Of a stretch of DNA of 64,000 bases, positions 10,302 to 20,346 are shown piece by piece. The stretch covers positions 2,080,001 to 2,144,000 of the forward strand of contig CAVXGK010000002.1 of assembly GCA_963761305.1 (NCBI GenBank), in the 5' to 3' direction. The position numbers and the translations under genes are program-made. The notes under the pieces were generated by a model, which ran no database searches, was not told the origin of the DNA, and was given only the letters and a program-made list of their open reading frames with translations. Position 1 is the stretch's first letter, and every line of letters begins with the position of its first letter. The stretch is from an uncultured Gemmatimonadaceae bacterium. GTDB lineage: Bacteria > Gemmatimonadota > Gemmatimonadetes > Gemmatimonadales > Gemmatimonadaceae.

Positions 10302-10356
10302 CGACTCCTCCTCAGCACAGCGCACGGTTGTAGAGCATTGTCTACGGACGCCTCGA

Positions 10357-10836
10357 TCAGCTCTTCTTGTAGGATGAGGTCATTGTTACGGGATTGCCGC
10401 CGCCCGGTGGCTGCAGGTTGACCACGACCACGAGGTGTCCCGAGGCGTCGAGCGAACATGCATATGTCGCGGGGACGCTCATGCCGTTTGACTGGCGGAT
10501 CATCGTTGCGACGAACGTCGAGCCATCCCATTTGCCGCGCGTGACGACCTCAGACGGGTTTCCGTCGCCGTCCGTCGTCATCGCCTGGCTGTCGGTGCCG
10601 TCGATGTTGAAGACGAACTTCGCACCGTCCCCGCCCGTGTCCACCATCGTCATCGCCTTGGAGTCTTGCGCGATCGTCATCGAAAGCCGCGTCGCGCCAC
10701 GACCGCCTGCCGTCGCCGGGGCATTCGGGTCGACGATTGGAGTCCACGTGCCGGCGAAGTTCGGCGTCTGGCCGCTGAGGCTCGCGGCGCCGACGACCAA
10801 CGCCGCCGCGGCCAGACAGAATGCTTTATATCGCAT
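10357..10836 (-). CDS. secreted hypothetical protein (lipocalin-like beta fold inferred)
   Basis: signal peptide then PNFAGTW motif; beta-strand pattern. Confidence 0.75.
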   Translation of the reverse strand: MRYKAFCLAAAALVVGAASLSGQTPNFAGTWTPIVDPNAPATAGGRGATRLSMTIAQDSKAMTMVDTGGDGAKFVFNIDGTDSQAMTTDGDGNPSEVVTRGKWDGSTFVATMIRQSNGMSVPATYACSLDASGHLVVVVNLQPPGGGNPVTMTSSYKKS

Positions 10837-10881
10837 GGGAACGCTCCGTCTTTGATCAAGGTTGTTGAATGATTGGCGAGG

Positions 10882-11991
10882 TCACAGCCGCGAGCAGATC
10901 GCGGCCAGCAGCGCCTTCGCCTTTTCGTAGTCCGCCGACTGGAGTCCCATGCCGACGAACACGTCGTGCCGCACCGCGATGAGTTGCGTGCCGTGGAGGA
11001 GCGACGCGTTGTCCCACGGGCCGGCGAGTGTGGTATCGGTCCGGAAGCCGACTGTCGATGCGGCACCCGACGCCTTCCCCTTGGCCGCGGAGCCGCCGAC
11101 CATCTTCATCAAACCACCGATCATCCCCTGCATCTGCGGCGGCGGCTTCATGGTGTCCAACGGAGAGCTCGACGGCGTGCCCATCGCTTCGGACACGGTT
11201 GCCATCTGGTGCTTGAGCATTGTGTAGTTCTTCTGGCCGCCCTGCCAAACGAACTCCACGGCGTAGTCGCGTTCGCCTTGCGCCGTCGCCACCCGATAGG
11301 TGCACGAGGTTTCTGGCGCGTCGGAGGTGGGTGCGCCGGCAAGCGGCCCGATCGCCGCTTCGATGTCCGCGCGCGGAATGAGGTCGCACGCCTTGGCGGG
11401 ATGTGGGCGCGGCTTCGGAACGAGAGCCACGGCCTTGGCGCCATCATATGAAAGCGGATGGTCGAAGCGCGGCATGATGATTCTCGCCAGCGCGATCGCA
11501 TCGTCCTCCTTGCCGCTCGCGCCACTCACGTCGACCTGCGCCGACCGCGCGCCCTTTGAGGCGAACAGTGAACCACCGGGAATCCACGTGGCCTTGTCCC
11601 ACGGACCGGCGGCTTCGGCCTTCACCACGCGGTGAGCCATCGTGTCGCCACCGGTGCCGCCGCTGGCCTTGTTCAGTGCGCCGCCCACAATGCCGGCCGC
11701 GCCCTGCACGGATGAGCCCGCGGTGGTTCCACCGCCGCTCCAGTCTGGCACGACCGTGATCTGGCGCCCGTCCTTGCCACGGTACATACACTGATCGCCG
11801 CGGACGTCGGCCGCGCCGTCGCTCGCGCGGTACGGGGGCGTGGCCAACGGTCCGACGTACGGCACGGCCTCGTTCGCCGACAGCAATGCGCATGGATCTT
11901 GGGCCTGGGCGCTCGAACAGGCGGCCAGCCCGGCGAAGCTCCCGACGGCGAGCACAGACCCGAACATCCTTCTGGCGCGAGCGAGCGACAT
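10882..11991 (-). CDS. lipoprotein with two tandem DUF3558-like domains
   Basis: LAAC lipobox; DPCALLS...CMY...GPWD repeated as KACDLIP...CTY...GPWD; AGGA RBS. Confidence 0.7.
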   Translation of the reverse strand: MSLARARRMFGSVLAVGSFAGLAACSSAQAQDPCALLSANEAVPYVGPLATPPYRASDGAADVRGDQCMYRGKDGRQITVVPDWSGGGTTAGSSVQGAAGIVGGALNKASGGTGGDTMAHRVVKAEAAGPWDKATWIPGGSLFASKGARSAQVDVSGASGKEDDAIALARIIMPRFDHPLSYDGAKAVALVPKPRPHPAKACDLIPRADIEAAIGPLAGAPTSDAPETSCTYRVATAQGERDYAVEFVWQGGQKNYTMLKHQMATVSEAMGTPSSSPLDTMKPPPQMQGMIGGLMKMVGGSAAKGKASGAASTVGFRTDTTLAGPWDNASLLHGTQLIAVRHDVFVGMGLQSADYEKAKALLAAICSRL

Positions 11992-12112
11992 GATCCTCTC
12001 CGGTTGATGGCGCGGTCAATGACTTCCGCCAACGTACCGGGCGCGTGTCGCGCCGCCGTCGCTTCAACGTTTGTTGGTGGGCGACGATGCGAACCCGTAC
12101 ATTCGCACGTGC

Positions 12113-14707
12113 ATGATCGAGCTTAGCCTGCTGGGGCCTCACGTCATCCGCGCCTCGGACGGACGGGAGATCACGTCGTTGCCGGCGCAACCGAAGCGGT
12201 TCGCGCTGCTCGCGTATCTAGCGCTCGGTAGCGGCGGCTACCGCCGTCGCGACACGCTCGCCGCCATGTTCTGGCCCGACCTGGACCAGTTCGCCGCCCG
12301 TCGCGCCCTAAGGAATACGCTTTATCATTTGCGTGAAGCGGTCGGTGACGACGTGATCATCACTCGCGGGGACGACGCGGTGTCGATCAACGGCGCCGTG
12401 CTTACCACCGACGTCACCCGGCTCGGCGAGGCCGTCGACGCCGGCCGTCACGAGGATGCAGTCGCAGCATACCGGGGCGAATTGCTAGCCGGGATCCATT
12501 TCGCGAACGCCGGCGAGGCCTTTGAGGAGTGGCTCACCGGCGAGCGACGGCGCGTTACCGAGCTGGCGGTGCGCGCGGTCGAGGCGCTGGTCCAGCGAGA
12601 CGAACAAGCGGGCAACTTCGCTGGCGCGGCGTATTGGGCGCAGCGGGCGTGCAGCCTGACGCCCGGTGACGAACATTGGCTGCGTCGCGCGATGACCCTG
12701 CTCGACCGGGGGAGCGACACCGGCGGCGCCCTTCATACATATGAAGCGTACGCGCGGCGGCTCGCCGCGGACTTCGAGGCGACGCCCAGCGCCGAGACCC
12801 AAGCTCTCGCGGCACGCGTTCGCGACGGCACACATAAGCCGATCCCGAGCCAGCCCGCAGTTCTGCCGGCGACTACGGCGGTAAGCGAAGACGTGACGCA
12901 ACGCGCACCGCCGGCGGCGGCGATGATCGCACCCGCGCCCAGCGTTTCGGTGCCGGGCCCGCGATACCGGCGGCGCATCGCGATCTGGGGCGGGGGCGGC
13001 ATGCTCATCGCGATCATCGCGATCGGCATCGCTGTGGCGCGGCGGATCGACGCACGAGCGGAGGGTGTGGTCGCCGGGAGGAAGCGGGTGCTCGTCACAG
13101 TGTTCGATAACCGAACCGGCGACACCACGCTGCAATCTCTGGGGCGGATGACCCAGGACTGGATCGCGCAGGGAATCCTGCGAATGCACCTCGTCGACCT
13201 CGTCGATCCTCGAGCGGTCTTCGTGCAAAGTCGCTCCGCCGCCGGCGCTGCGGTCGATCCTGTCACGTTGGCACGCCGCACCGGTGCCACGATGGTGATC
13301 TCCGGCAGCTACTATCGCACCGGCGACACGCTGCTGCTGCAGGCGTCGGTGATGGATGTGCATGCCGGGCGGATCCTGCGCGTCATAGGACCGATTCTGT
13401 CGAGCGCCGAGACTCCGGTCGCCGGACTCGATGAGCTGCGATCACGAGTCATGACGGCCCTCAGCTCGGTCATCGACGTGCGAGCGACCCAGAGCCTCAA
13501 GGACGCCGGGGAGATTCCAACCTTCGACGCGTATCAGGCGTACGTCGAAGGTTGGGATGCCTATTGGCACAACGACCCCCGCCGCGCAAAATCGCTTTTC
13601 CTTCGCGCGGCTCGCCAAGACACGGCGTTTGCCGCCGCGTCGATCGCCGCTTCAGTGGCGGCAGCCAACTCCAACGACTGCCCGCTGGTGGATTCGATCG
13701 TCGGCGCGCTCAATGGCCGGCCGCAGCTGATCGATCGGGTCGATCGCCTCTCGCTGCAGATCGCGACGGCGCATTGCCACGGTCGGAACGACGAGACGCT
13801 TCGCTTGGCGCTCGAGCGTGCGGACCTCGAATCGAACACGTCATCCGATGTGATTTCGGTCGCCGCTGCCGCGCTCTGGGCAAACCGCCCTCAGTTGACC
13901 GTGAAACTGCTGCTACGCCTCAACCCCGCGGTCGATCTCGCCTGGAGCACCGACACGACGCACTTCGACTATTGGAGCAGCCTGACCGAGGCATACCATC
14001 TCCTCGGTCGCCATCGCGACGAGCTCGCCGTCGCCGACCGCGCGCCGCTCGGCGCGCCGCTCAACCGCGCCTGGATGCGAGCCCGCGCGCTCGCCGCACT
14101 CTCCCGCCCCACTGCGGTGCTCGCGCTCTTGGACAGCGCCATGCTGCTACCAGTCGAGACGGCCAACTTCATCGGTCTGGCTCCATTCACGAACGGCCGA
14201 CCGCAGTACTCGGCGACGCCGGCGTGGGTCGCCAATTGGACCGCGGACGAGCTCGCGGTACATGGCGACACCGTCGCGGCGCGCCAGGCCGCGATGCGCG
14301 CGATCACCTGGTACCGCGGCCGCCCGCTCGAAGAGCGAGGCACGATCGAGGAACGCCTCGTTGCCACCTGGTCGCTCGAGATCCTCGGCAACTATCGCGA
14401 TGCCGAGGAACTGGCCGCGCAACTGGCCGCTGAGGATTCTGCCAACGTCGATTATCGCGGTGAACTTGCTGGACTGGCGGCTGAACGCGGCGACACCGCG
14501 CTCGCCGATTCGCTGGACCGGTGGCTCGCCGCACAGCCGCGCAGCCGCGTCGCCTGGAGCGCGGCCGTGTACCGGGCCAGGGTGGCGGCGCTCCTGGGCC
14601 GACGCGACGCCGCGACGGCGCGGACGCGCGAAGCCATCGACGACGGCGCGTGGCCACTGTGGATCCATATTGATTCCGCTTTGACGGTTCTGCGCCGCGG
14701 ACCGTGA
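12113..14707 (+). CDS. SARP/BTAD-family transcriptional regulator with TM segment and TolB-N/TPR-like C-terminus
   Basis: LSLLGP, QPKRFALLAYLAL, RDTLAAMFWP...ARRALRNTLYHLR, YRGELL...FEEWL, central TM helix, FDNRTGD. Confidence 0.85.
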   Translation: MIELSLLGPHVIRASDGREITSLPAQPKRFALLAYLALGSGGYRRRDTLAAMFWPDLDQFAARRALRNTLYHLREAVGDDVIITRGDDAVSINGAVLTTDVTRLGEAVDAGRHEDAVAAYRGELLAGIHFANAGEAFEEWLTGERRRVTELAVRAVEALVQRDEQAGNFAGAAYWAQRACSLTPGDEHWLRRAMTLLDRGSDTGGALHTYEAYARRLAADFEATPSAETQALAARVRDGTHKPIPSQPAVLPATTAVSEDVTQRAPPAAAMIAPAPSVSVPGPRYRRRIAIWGGGGMLIAIIAIGIAVARRIDARAEGVVAGRKRVLVTVFDNRTGDTTLQSLGRMTQDWIAQGILRMHLVDLVDPRAVFVQSRSAAGAAVDPVTLARRTGATMVISGSYYRTGDTLLLQASVMDVHAGRILRVIGPILSSAETPVAGLDELRSRVMTALSSVIDVRATQSLKDAGEIPTFDAYQAYVEGWDAYWHNDPRRAKSLFLRAARQDTAFAAASIAASVAAANSNDCPLVDSIVGALNGRPQLIDRVDRLSLQIATAHCHGRNDETLRLALERADLESNTSSDVISVAAAALWANRPQLTVKLLLRLNPAVDLAWSTDTTHFDYWSSLTEAYHLLGRHRDELAVADRAPLGAPLNRAWMRARALAALSRPTAVLALLDSAMLLPVETANFIGLAPFTNGRPQYSATPAWVANWTADELAVHGDTVAARQAAMRAITWYRGRPLEERGTIEERLVATWSLEILGNYRDAEELAAQLAAEDSANVDYRGELAGLAAERGDTALADSLDRWLAAQPRSRVAWSAAVYRARVAALLGRRDAATARTREAIDDGAWPLWIHIDSALTVLRRGP

Positions 14708-14822
14708 ACGCTCTACGGCGTCAGAACGCGCCGAGCACGGCGCCGCGACTACGTAACACCACGTATACCAACATTCGGAGCACGAGCGCACGCTTCACGC
14801 TGCCACCATCAGCGGAAGGGCT

Positions 14823-15389
14823 ATGCGCACGACGCCACGTTTTCGCACGACGGCAATTCAAGATCTCGCACGCCGACGGCTCCGGACGGCAAGCTTGGTC
14901 GCAACCCTCAGCCTTCTGTCCGCGTGCCTGGCTTCTCCTCGGCCGTGGGCTCCCGGCGACGGTCAACTCATCGCGCCGCGGGACTCGGCGGCTCTCGCGT
15001 ATGAGACGGGCCGCCGAGACGGTCTGCTCCAGCGCCGACGCACCGCGGCCGGGGCCACTTCGTTCATCGTTCCCGTCGCGCTGACGCTTGGCCTATTCGT
15101 CCGGCGCCCGGGCACCAACTCTTGGGTCACCCCCGCCAGCATCGTGGCGGTAGCGGCCGGCGGCGCCCTTTGGGACTACCGAGAGACCCAGCAGCCAATT
15201 CCCGCGCCGCCTGACTCCATGCGGGCGCGGTACGGACTGACCGATCCACGACTGTGGACCAGCTACAACGACGGATTCCGGAAGGAGATCGAGGAGCGGC
15301 GACAGGCCGACCTCACGCGGAGTTCCAAGTCGGCGTTGTTGACCGCGATCATATTCGGTGGGACGTACGCCGCGCTGCACCGCCGCTGA
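14823..15389 (+). CDS. hypothetical membrane protein
   Basis: GGAAGGG RBS, several hydrophobic segments. Confidence 0.55.
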   Translation: MRTTPRFRTTAIQDLARRRLRTASLVATLSLLSACLASPRPWAPGDGQLIAPRDSAALAYETGRRDGLLQRRRTAAGATSFIVPVALTLGLFVRRPGTNSWVTPASIVAVAAGGALWDYRETQQPIPAPPDSMRARYGLTDPRLWTSYNDGFRKEIEERRQADLTRSSKSALLTAIIFGGTYAALHRR

Positions 15390-15405
15390 CGTCGGGCTCA
15401 GCGTG

Positions 15406-15780
15406 TCATTGCCAACGGCCGTCGACGTAGTACCAGCCGTGACGATCGAACTCCCACTGTCCCGGAATCCAGTCGTGAGTCTTGGGCTTCGGTTTCTCCC
15501 AGCTGCCGTTGACCCACTCGAAGTCGTCGTTCTGCCAGCGCCAGTGCCCGCTGACCCACACGTAGCTGGCGTCCGGTGCATCCGGGATCACTTCGATGGG
15601 TGTCGACGACGGTGGCTCGCGCCCGGCATACGCGACTTTCCCGTACTGCCACTCGCTCCAGTGCGGAAACGCGTCGTATCCGGGTGAGCCCCAGTGGGGC
15701 CAACCATAAAAGGCGCAGCCGCCGAGCGCGCCGGTGGCGACGAGGCCGGCACAAAGTCGCAGCATCAAGACTCGTTTCAT
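15406..15780 (-). CDS. YXWGXW (WxxGxW) repeat lipoprotein
   Basis: LGGC lipobox; YVWVSGHWRW, WVNGSW, WIPGQW, YVDGRW. Confidence 0.85.
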   Translation of the reverse strand: MKRVLMLRLCAGLVATGALGGCAFYGWPHWGSPGYDAFPHWSEWQYGKVAYAGREPPSSTPIEVIPDAPDASYVWVSGHWRWQNDDFEWVNGSWEKPKPKTHDWIPGQWEFDRHGWYYVDGRWQ

Positions 15781-15905
15781 TCCCTCTCCCCCCTTCACGT
15801 TCACACCGCCAAATGGCAAGGAAGGGGCACGGACGCGCGAAGCGCCGGTGTTCTCGTGCGGTCACGCCCCGCTCGCCAGCGATCCGTTGCCACTCGAGGC
15901 CGGTG

Positions 15906-15936
15906 ATCGTAACATGGGGTATACCCCGTAAGTCAA
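15906..15936 (-). promoter_or_regulatory. promoter with 19-bp spacer containing palindrome GGGGTATACCCC
   Basis: TTGACT (15936-15931), 19 bp, TACGAT (15911-15906); perfect 12-bp palindrome at 15916-15927. Confidence 0.5.
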
Positions 15937-15993
15937 CGGATCGCGCAAGAGGGCGGGGCGTACCGCTCTCCATGGTCTTGAACGGAGGCCACC

Positions 15994-16593
15994 ATGCCGT
16001 CGCAAATCGGAACACTCTCGCGGGTCGCTGCCCTCACCCTCATCGGCGTCACGGCCTGTCACCATGCGGCGCCGACACCGGCGACGACACCGGCATTCAC
16101 CACCAGCCGCGCCACAGGCGACGATCGCGCGGCCCGTGACCGCGCGGCGCTCGACGCCGCACGGCGCGATTCGATCGCGCGCGCCGACAGTCTCCGGCGA
16201 GCGGCGGCGGCGGCGCTTGCCGCCGAGGACGCCCGACGGGCGCTGCTCCAGCCGGTCCACTTCGACTTCGATCGCGACGAGATCCGCCCGAGCGAGACGC
16301 CGTTGCTGGAGCGCAAAGTCGCGATTCTCCGCGACAACCCGAGGGTTCAGATTCGCATCGAAGGAAACGCCGACGAGCGGGGGTCGGACGAGTACAACCT
16401 CGCGCTCGGGATGCGGCGCGCTGCCGCCGTTGAGCGCTTCATCGAGGAACACGGCATTCTGACCAGCCGCATGTCCATGGCGTCGAACGGTCGCGAGCGG
16501 CCGATGTGCGCCACGCACGAGGAGCCGTGCTGGAATCTCAACCGTCGCGACGACGTCGTGATCGCCGCGGCCGGCGACCATCTCGTGCCGTGA
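15994..16593 (+). CDS. pal: OmpA/Pal-like peptidoglycan-associated lipoprotein
   Basis: VTAC lipobox; VHFDFDR, IEGNADERGSDEYNLALGMRRA, NRR; GGAGG RBS. Confidence 0.88.
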   Translation: MPSQIGTLSRVAALTLIGVTACHHAAPTPATTPAFTTSRATGDDRAARDRAALDAARRDSIARADSLRRAAAAALAAEDARRALLQPVHFDFDRDEIRPSETPLLERKVAILRDNPRVQIRIEGNADERGSDEYNLALGMRRAAAVERFIEEHGILTSRMSMASNGRERPMCATHEEPCWNLNRRDDVVIAAAGDHLVP

Positions 16594-16689
16594 CCGCGCC
16601 ACCCGCTACCTTGCCGCCCTCTGGTCACGTGTTCATGTTCCGGCAGCACCGTCATCACTGGCTACCGTATCTCGTTCCCAGGAGCAGAC

Positions 16690-18087
16690 ATGCGCCGGTT
16701 CGTCCCTGCCGCTCTCATTGCCCTTACCGCCACGCTGGCTCGAGCCCAGGACCCCGGCGTCGCTCCCAAGCCGTTCGACCAGAAGCACGCCGGGAACGAC
16801 AAAATGCACATGGTCGCGCACGTCCCCGGACACCCGGGTGCGTGGAAGGCGTCGGACATCGAACTCGAGCAAGACCCTGACCGGCCGTACGTCTATCTCT
16901 GCGGATTCACCAACTTCGACGTCCAGATCTACGACATCCGCAACACGTCGGCGCCGAAGCTCGTCTATACCTGGACCATCGAGAACCCCGAGTTGCACCG
17001 CGGCATCGGCGCGATGGACGGCAAGTATTTCAAGATCGGAAGCAGGTACTACTACGCGCAGTCGTACCAGTTCATGCAGGGGAGCCCCGATACCGACCTC
17101 GGCGCCGTCATCTTCGACGTGACCGGGCTGCCCGATCCCACGAAGGTCAAAGTCGTCGCGCGCATTCGCTATCCGCAGTCGCCGGGTGGATTCCACAACA
17201 CCTTCGCGTACAAACATTCCGACGGCCGCGTCCTGTACTTCGCGACGATCAACCAGTCGAAAGCACTCATCTACGATTTGGCGAAGGTCGTGAGCGGTGC
17301 GCCCGAGAACACGTGGCTCGTCGGCGAGGTCCCGAATCCGACGCCGTTCCGCCAGATCGGCGGCGGCGGATACCACGACTTCTACGTCGGCTACGACCCG
17401 GCCACGCACCAGGACAAGTTCTACGGCGCGGGACTCGGCGGATACTCCGTGTGGGACGTCACGAGCACCGCGACGCCGAAACAGTTGTTCACGATCACGA
17501 GTCTCGGCATGGACATCGCCCACACGTTCACGCCGTCGCCCGACGGGCACTACGCCGTCACGGAGACCGAATATCAGTACACGCCCCTCCGCATCTGGGA
17601 CCTGAGCGCCGGCCAGTCGGGCAAGACGCAGAACATCGACATTCCGATCGGCGCGTGGACCGCCGACTGGCGCGACCTCTCGCACAATCACGAGGTACGC
17701 TGGCCGTACGTGTTCGTGTCGGCGTACGAGGACGGGCTCCAGGTGTTCGACCTCAAGGACCCGAAGAATCCCAAGACCGACGGCTACTGGTACACGTGCG
17801 AATGCGAGCACGAGCACGGCTTCGGCGGCACGCCCGACAACGGCTGGCAGAGCACGACGAGCGTCGAGCAAGGCGCGTTCGGCGTCGACGTGCGCAATTA
17901 TGACGGATTGATCGTTCTCTCCGACATGCGCAGCGGGCTTTGGCTGTTCAAGCTCGACGGCTTCAACGGCTGGAACGGCCACGACTACGGAATGCCGAAC
18001 ATCTCGAGCGTTCAGGATTACGACCACGGTCCGGAAGGGGCCGGCAAGCGAGTCGTCCCGCACGACGACGGCACGCACAAGCAGTGA
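16690..18087 (+). CDS. secreted LVIVD-repeat beta-propeller protein
   Basis: signal peptide; VQIYDI, AVIFDVT, YSVWDVT, LRIWDLS, GLQVFDLKDPKNP repeats; His motifs HN, HD, HT, HNH. Confidence 0.75.
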   Translation: MRRFVPAALIALTATLARAQDPGVAPKPFDQKHAGNDKMHMVAHVPGHPGAWKASDIELEQDPDRPYVYLCGFTNFDVQIYDIRNTSAPKLVYTWTIENPELHRGIGAMDGKYFKIGSRYYYAQSYQFMQGSPDTDLGAVIFDVTGLPDPTKVKVVARIRYPQSPGGFHNTFAYKHSDGRVLYFATINQSKALIYDLAKVVSGAPENTWLVGEVPNPTPFRQIGGGGYHDFYVGYDPATHQDKFYGAGLGGYSVWDVTSTATPKQLFTITSLGMDIAHTFTPSPDGHYAVTETEYQYTPLRIWDLSAGQSGKTQNIDIPIGAWTADWRDLSHNHEVRWPYVFVSAYEDGLQVFDLKDPKNPKTDGYWYTCECEHEHGFGGTPDNGWQSTTSVEQGAFGVDVRNYDGLIVLSDMRSGLWLFKLDGFNGWNGHDYGMPNISSVQDYDHGPEGAGKRVVPHDDGTHKQ

Positions 18088-18572
18088 CGCTCGGGCAGTG
18101 GGGGGCGGCGGTGAGCGTCGTCGTCGCGACGGTGCTCACCGACGCGACGACGGACGGACCGTACGACATCGCGCTCTTCAGCACGACAAAGGCACCCTCG
18201 GCGCAGGGCAGCGCGCGGTTGGTGTTCGCCCAGTCGCCGTTCGGGGTCACGGTGACGACCGACGGCCACGCGAGCTACGACGTGCAGATCGACGCGTCCG
18301 GCCTGCCGCCGGCTGATTCTCTCGGACCGTACACGACGTATGTCGCCTGGGTCGCCACCACGGATCTTTCGAAGTGGATTCGGCTCGGCGCCATCACCAA
18401 CGGCAAGAACACGGTGGGCCGGGCGGAGCTCGACAAGTTTCTGCTGGTGATCGCGGCCGAGTCGTCGGCGACGTCGGCGCACGCCGGACCGACTGTGTTG
18501 CACGGAAACTCGCCGAGCGGATGGCTTCAGAGTTTCCTCAGTCACCCGCTTTTCCGCGGAATTCCGCCGTGA
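18084..18572 (+). CDS. hypothetical exported protein
   Basis: GTGA overlaps with both neighbours (translational coupling); YVAW..TDL...LG motif. Confidence 0.65.
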   Translation: MTLGQWGAAVSVVVATVLTDATTDGPYDIALFSTTKAPSAQGSARLVFAQSPFGVTVTTDGHASYDVQIDASGLPPADSLGPYTTYVAWVATTDLSKWIRLGAITNGKNTVGRAELDKFLLVIAAESSATSAHAGPTVLHGNSPSGWLQSFLSHPLFRGIPP

Positions 18573-20326
18573 GCACTTTGTCACGCGTCATCGCGGCGCT
18601 CGCCGTCTGCGCGTCCACGAGCGCCGTTGGCGCGCAACAGCCGCCGGCCAAACCGCCGAAGAAACCGAGCCAATCCGGAATGGCCGGCATGCCCGGCATG
18701 CAGTCGCCGAAGCGCGACACGTCCGCCAAGGACATGCCCGGGATGAGCATGTCGGCACCCATGCCAATCCCCATGCCCAAGGGGATGCCGATGATCCCCG
18801 GACTCGTCGGCCTGATTCCACCGGTGACGTCGTTTCTGCCGGGCGCCGGCGTCGATCCCAAGCGGCTCCCCGCGGCGAAACCGACCGAGGTGAAGCGCTT
18901 GGCCGACGGCGACACGCTCGACCTCACCGCGATGCTGGTGCGACGGACGATCAAAGGACGCTCGTTCGTGATGTATGGATTCAACGGCGAGGTGCCCGGG
19001 CCGCTGATTCGCGTGCCGCAGAACGCGACGATCCACGTGCGATTCCACAACCGCATCGACCTGCCGAGCACGATCCACTGGCATGGCGTGCGGCTCGACA
19101 ATCGATATGACGGGGTGCCCGGGCTTACTCAAGACTCAGTCCCGGCGGGCGGCGACTTCATATATACGGTGCACTTCCCCGACGCCGGCATCTATTGGTA
19201 TCACCCGCACGTGCGCGAGGACATCGAGCAGGCGATGGGGTTGTTCGGAAACGTGCGCGTCGACTCGCCCGATCGCGACTACTACTCGCCGGTCAACCGC
19301 GAGCAGACGCTCGTGCTCGACGACCTGCTCGTCAACGCCGACACGCTGATCCCGTTCGGAAAGGAGGCGCCGGACTTCGCGCTCATGGGACGCGTGGGCA
19401 ACGTGATCACGGTGAACGGCGAGACGGGCTACTCGCTTTCGGTGAACCACGGCGACGTCGTGCGCTTCTTTCTCACTAACGTCTCGAGCTCGCGCACGTA
19501 CAACGTGTCGTTCGGCGGGGCGCCGATCAAAGTCATCGCGTCGGACGTGAGCAAATTCGAGCACGAGGAGCGCGTGCCTGGCGTCGTGATCGCGCCGGCC
19601 GAGCGCTACGTGGTCGAGGTGATGTTTGACAGGCCGGGACGCGTCGCGATGGTGAACGCGGTGCAGGCCATCAACCACTACGCGGGCGAATTCTCGCCCG
19701 AGGTCGACACGCTCGGCGTCGTCTCCGTCGGCGCCAAGCCGGCGTCGCCAAGCTATCGCGCGCAGTTCAACGTGATGCGGTCGAACACGGCGGTGGCACG
19801 AGACATCGACGCCTACCGCAAGTATTTCGACAAAGCGCCCGACAAGACGTTCCGTCTCACGGTCGACGTCAACTCGCTCCCGTTGGCGACGGTGCAGTTC
19901 ATGAACGTCGACACGGCGTATTACGCCCCCGTCGAGTGGGTGGACGGCATGCCGGACATGAACTGGCTGTCGACGAGCAAGCAGGTCCGATGGATCCTGC
20001 GCGACGAAGCGACGGGCCAAGAGAACATGGACATCGACTGGCGCGTGCCGCGCGGGTCGGTGGTGAAGCTACGAATCTTCAACGATCCGAAGTCGTTCCA
20101 CCCAATGCAGCACCCGATCCATCTCCACGGCCAGCGGATGCTCGTCATCGCGCGCGACGCCGTGCCGACGAGGGACTTGGTGTGGAAGGACACGGCCATC
20201 ATTCCGGTCGGATCGACCGTCGACCTGCTGATCGACGCGTCGAATCCGGGTGACTGGATGCTACACTGTCACATCGCCGAGCATCTCGGGGCGGGGATGA
20301 TGGCGGTGATGCACGTCGGGCAGTAG
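18569..20326 (+). CDS. three-domain multicopper oxidase with Met-rich N-terminus (CopA/CueO-like)
   Basis: IHWHG, YWYHPH, HPIHLHG, WMLHCHIAEHLGAGMM; MPGM repeats. Confidence 0.93.
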   Translation: MSTLSRVIAALAVCASTSAVGAQQPPAKPPKKPSQSGMAGMPGMQSPKRDTSAKDMPGMSMSAPMPIPMPKGMPMIPGLVGLIPPVTSFLPGAGVDPKRLPAAKPTEVKRLADGDTLDLTAMLVRRTIKGRSFVMYGFNGEVPGPLIRVPQNATIHVRFHNRIDLPSTIHWHGVRLDNRYDGVPGLTQDSVPAGGDFIYTVHFPDAGIYWYHPHVREDIEQAMGLFGNVRVDSPDRDYYSPVNREQTLVLDDLLVNADTLIPFGKEAPDFALMGRVGNVITVNGETGYSLSVNHGDVVRFFLTNVSSSRTYNVSFGGAPIKVIASDVSKFEHEERVPGVVIAPAERYVVEVMFDRPGRVAMVNAVQAINHYAGEFSPEVDTLGVVSVGAKPASPSYRAQFNVMRSNTAVARDIDAYRKYFDKAPDKTFRLTVDVNSLPLATVQFMNVDTAYYAPVEWVDGMPDMNWLSTSKQVRWILRDEATGQENMDIDWRVPRGSVVKLRIFNDPKSFHPMQHPIHLHGQRMLVIARDAVPTRDLVWKDTAIIPVGSTVDLLIDASNPGDWMLHCHIAEHLGAGMMAVMHVGQ

Positions 20327-20346
20327 CCGGCTACGCGACCATCCCT

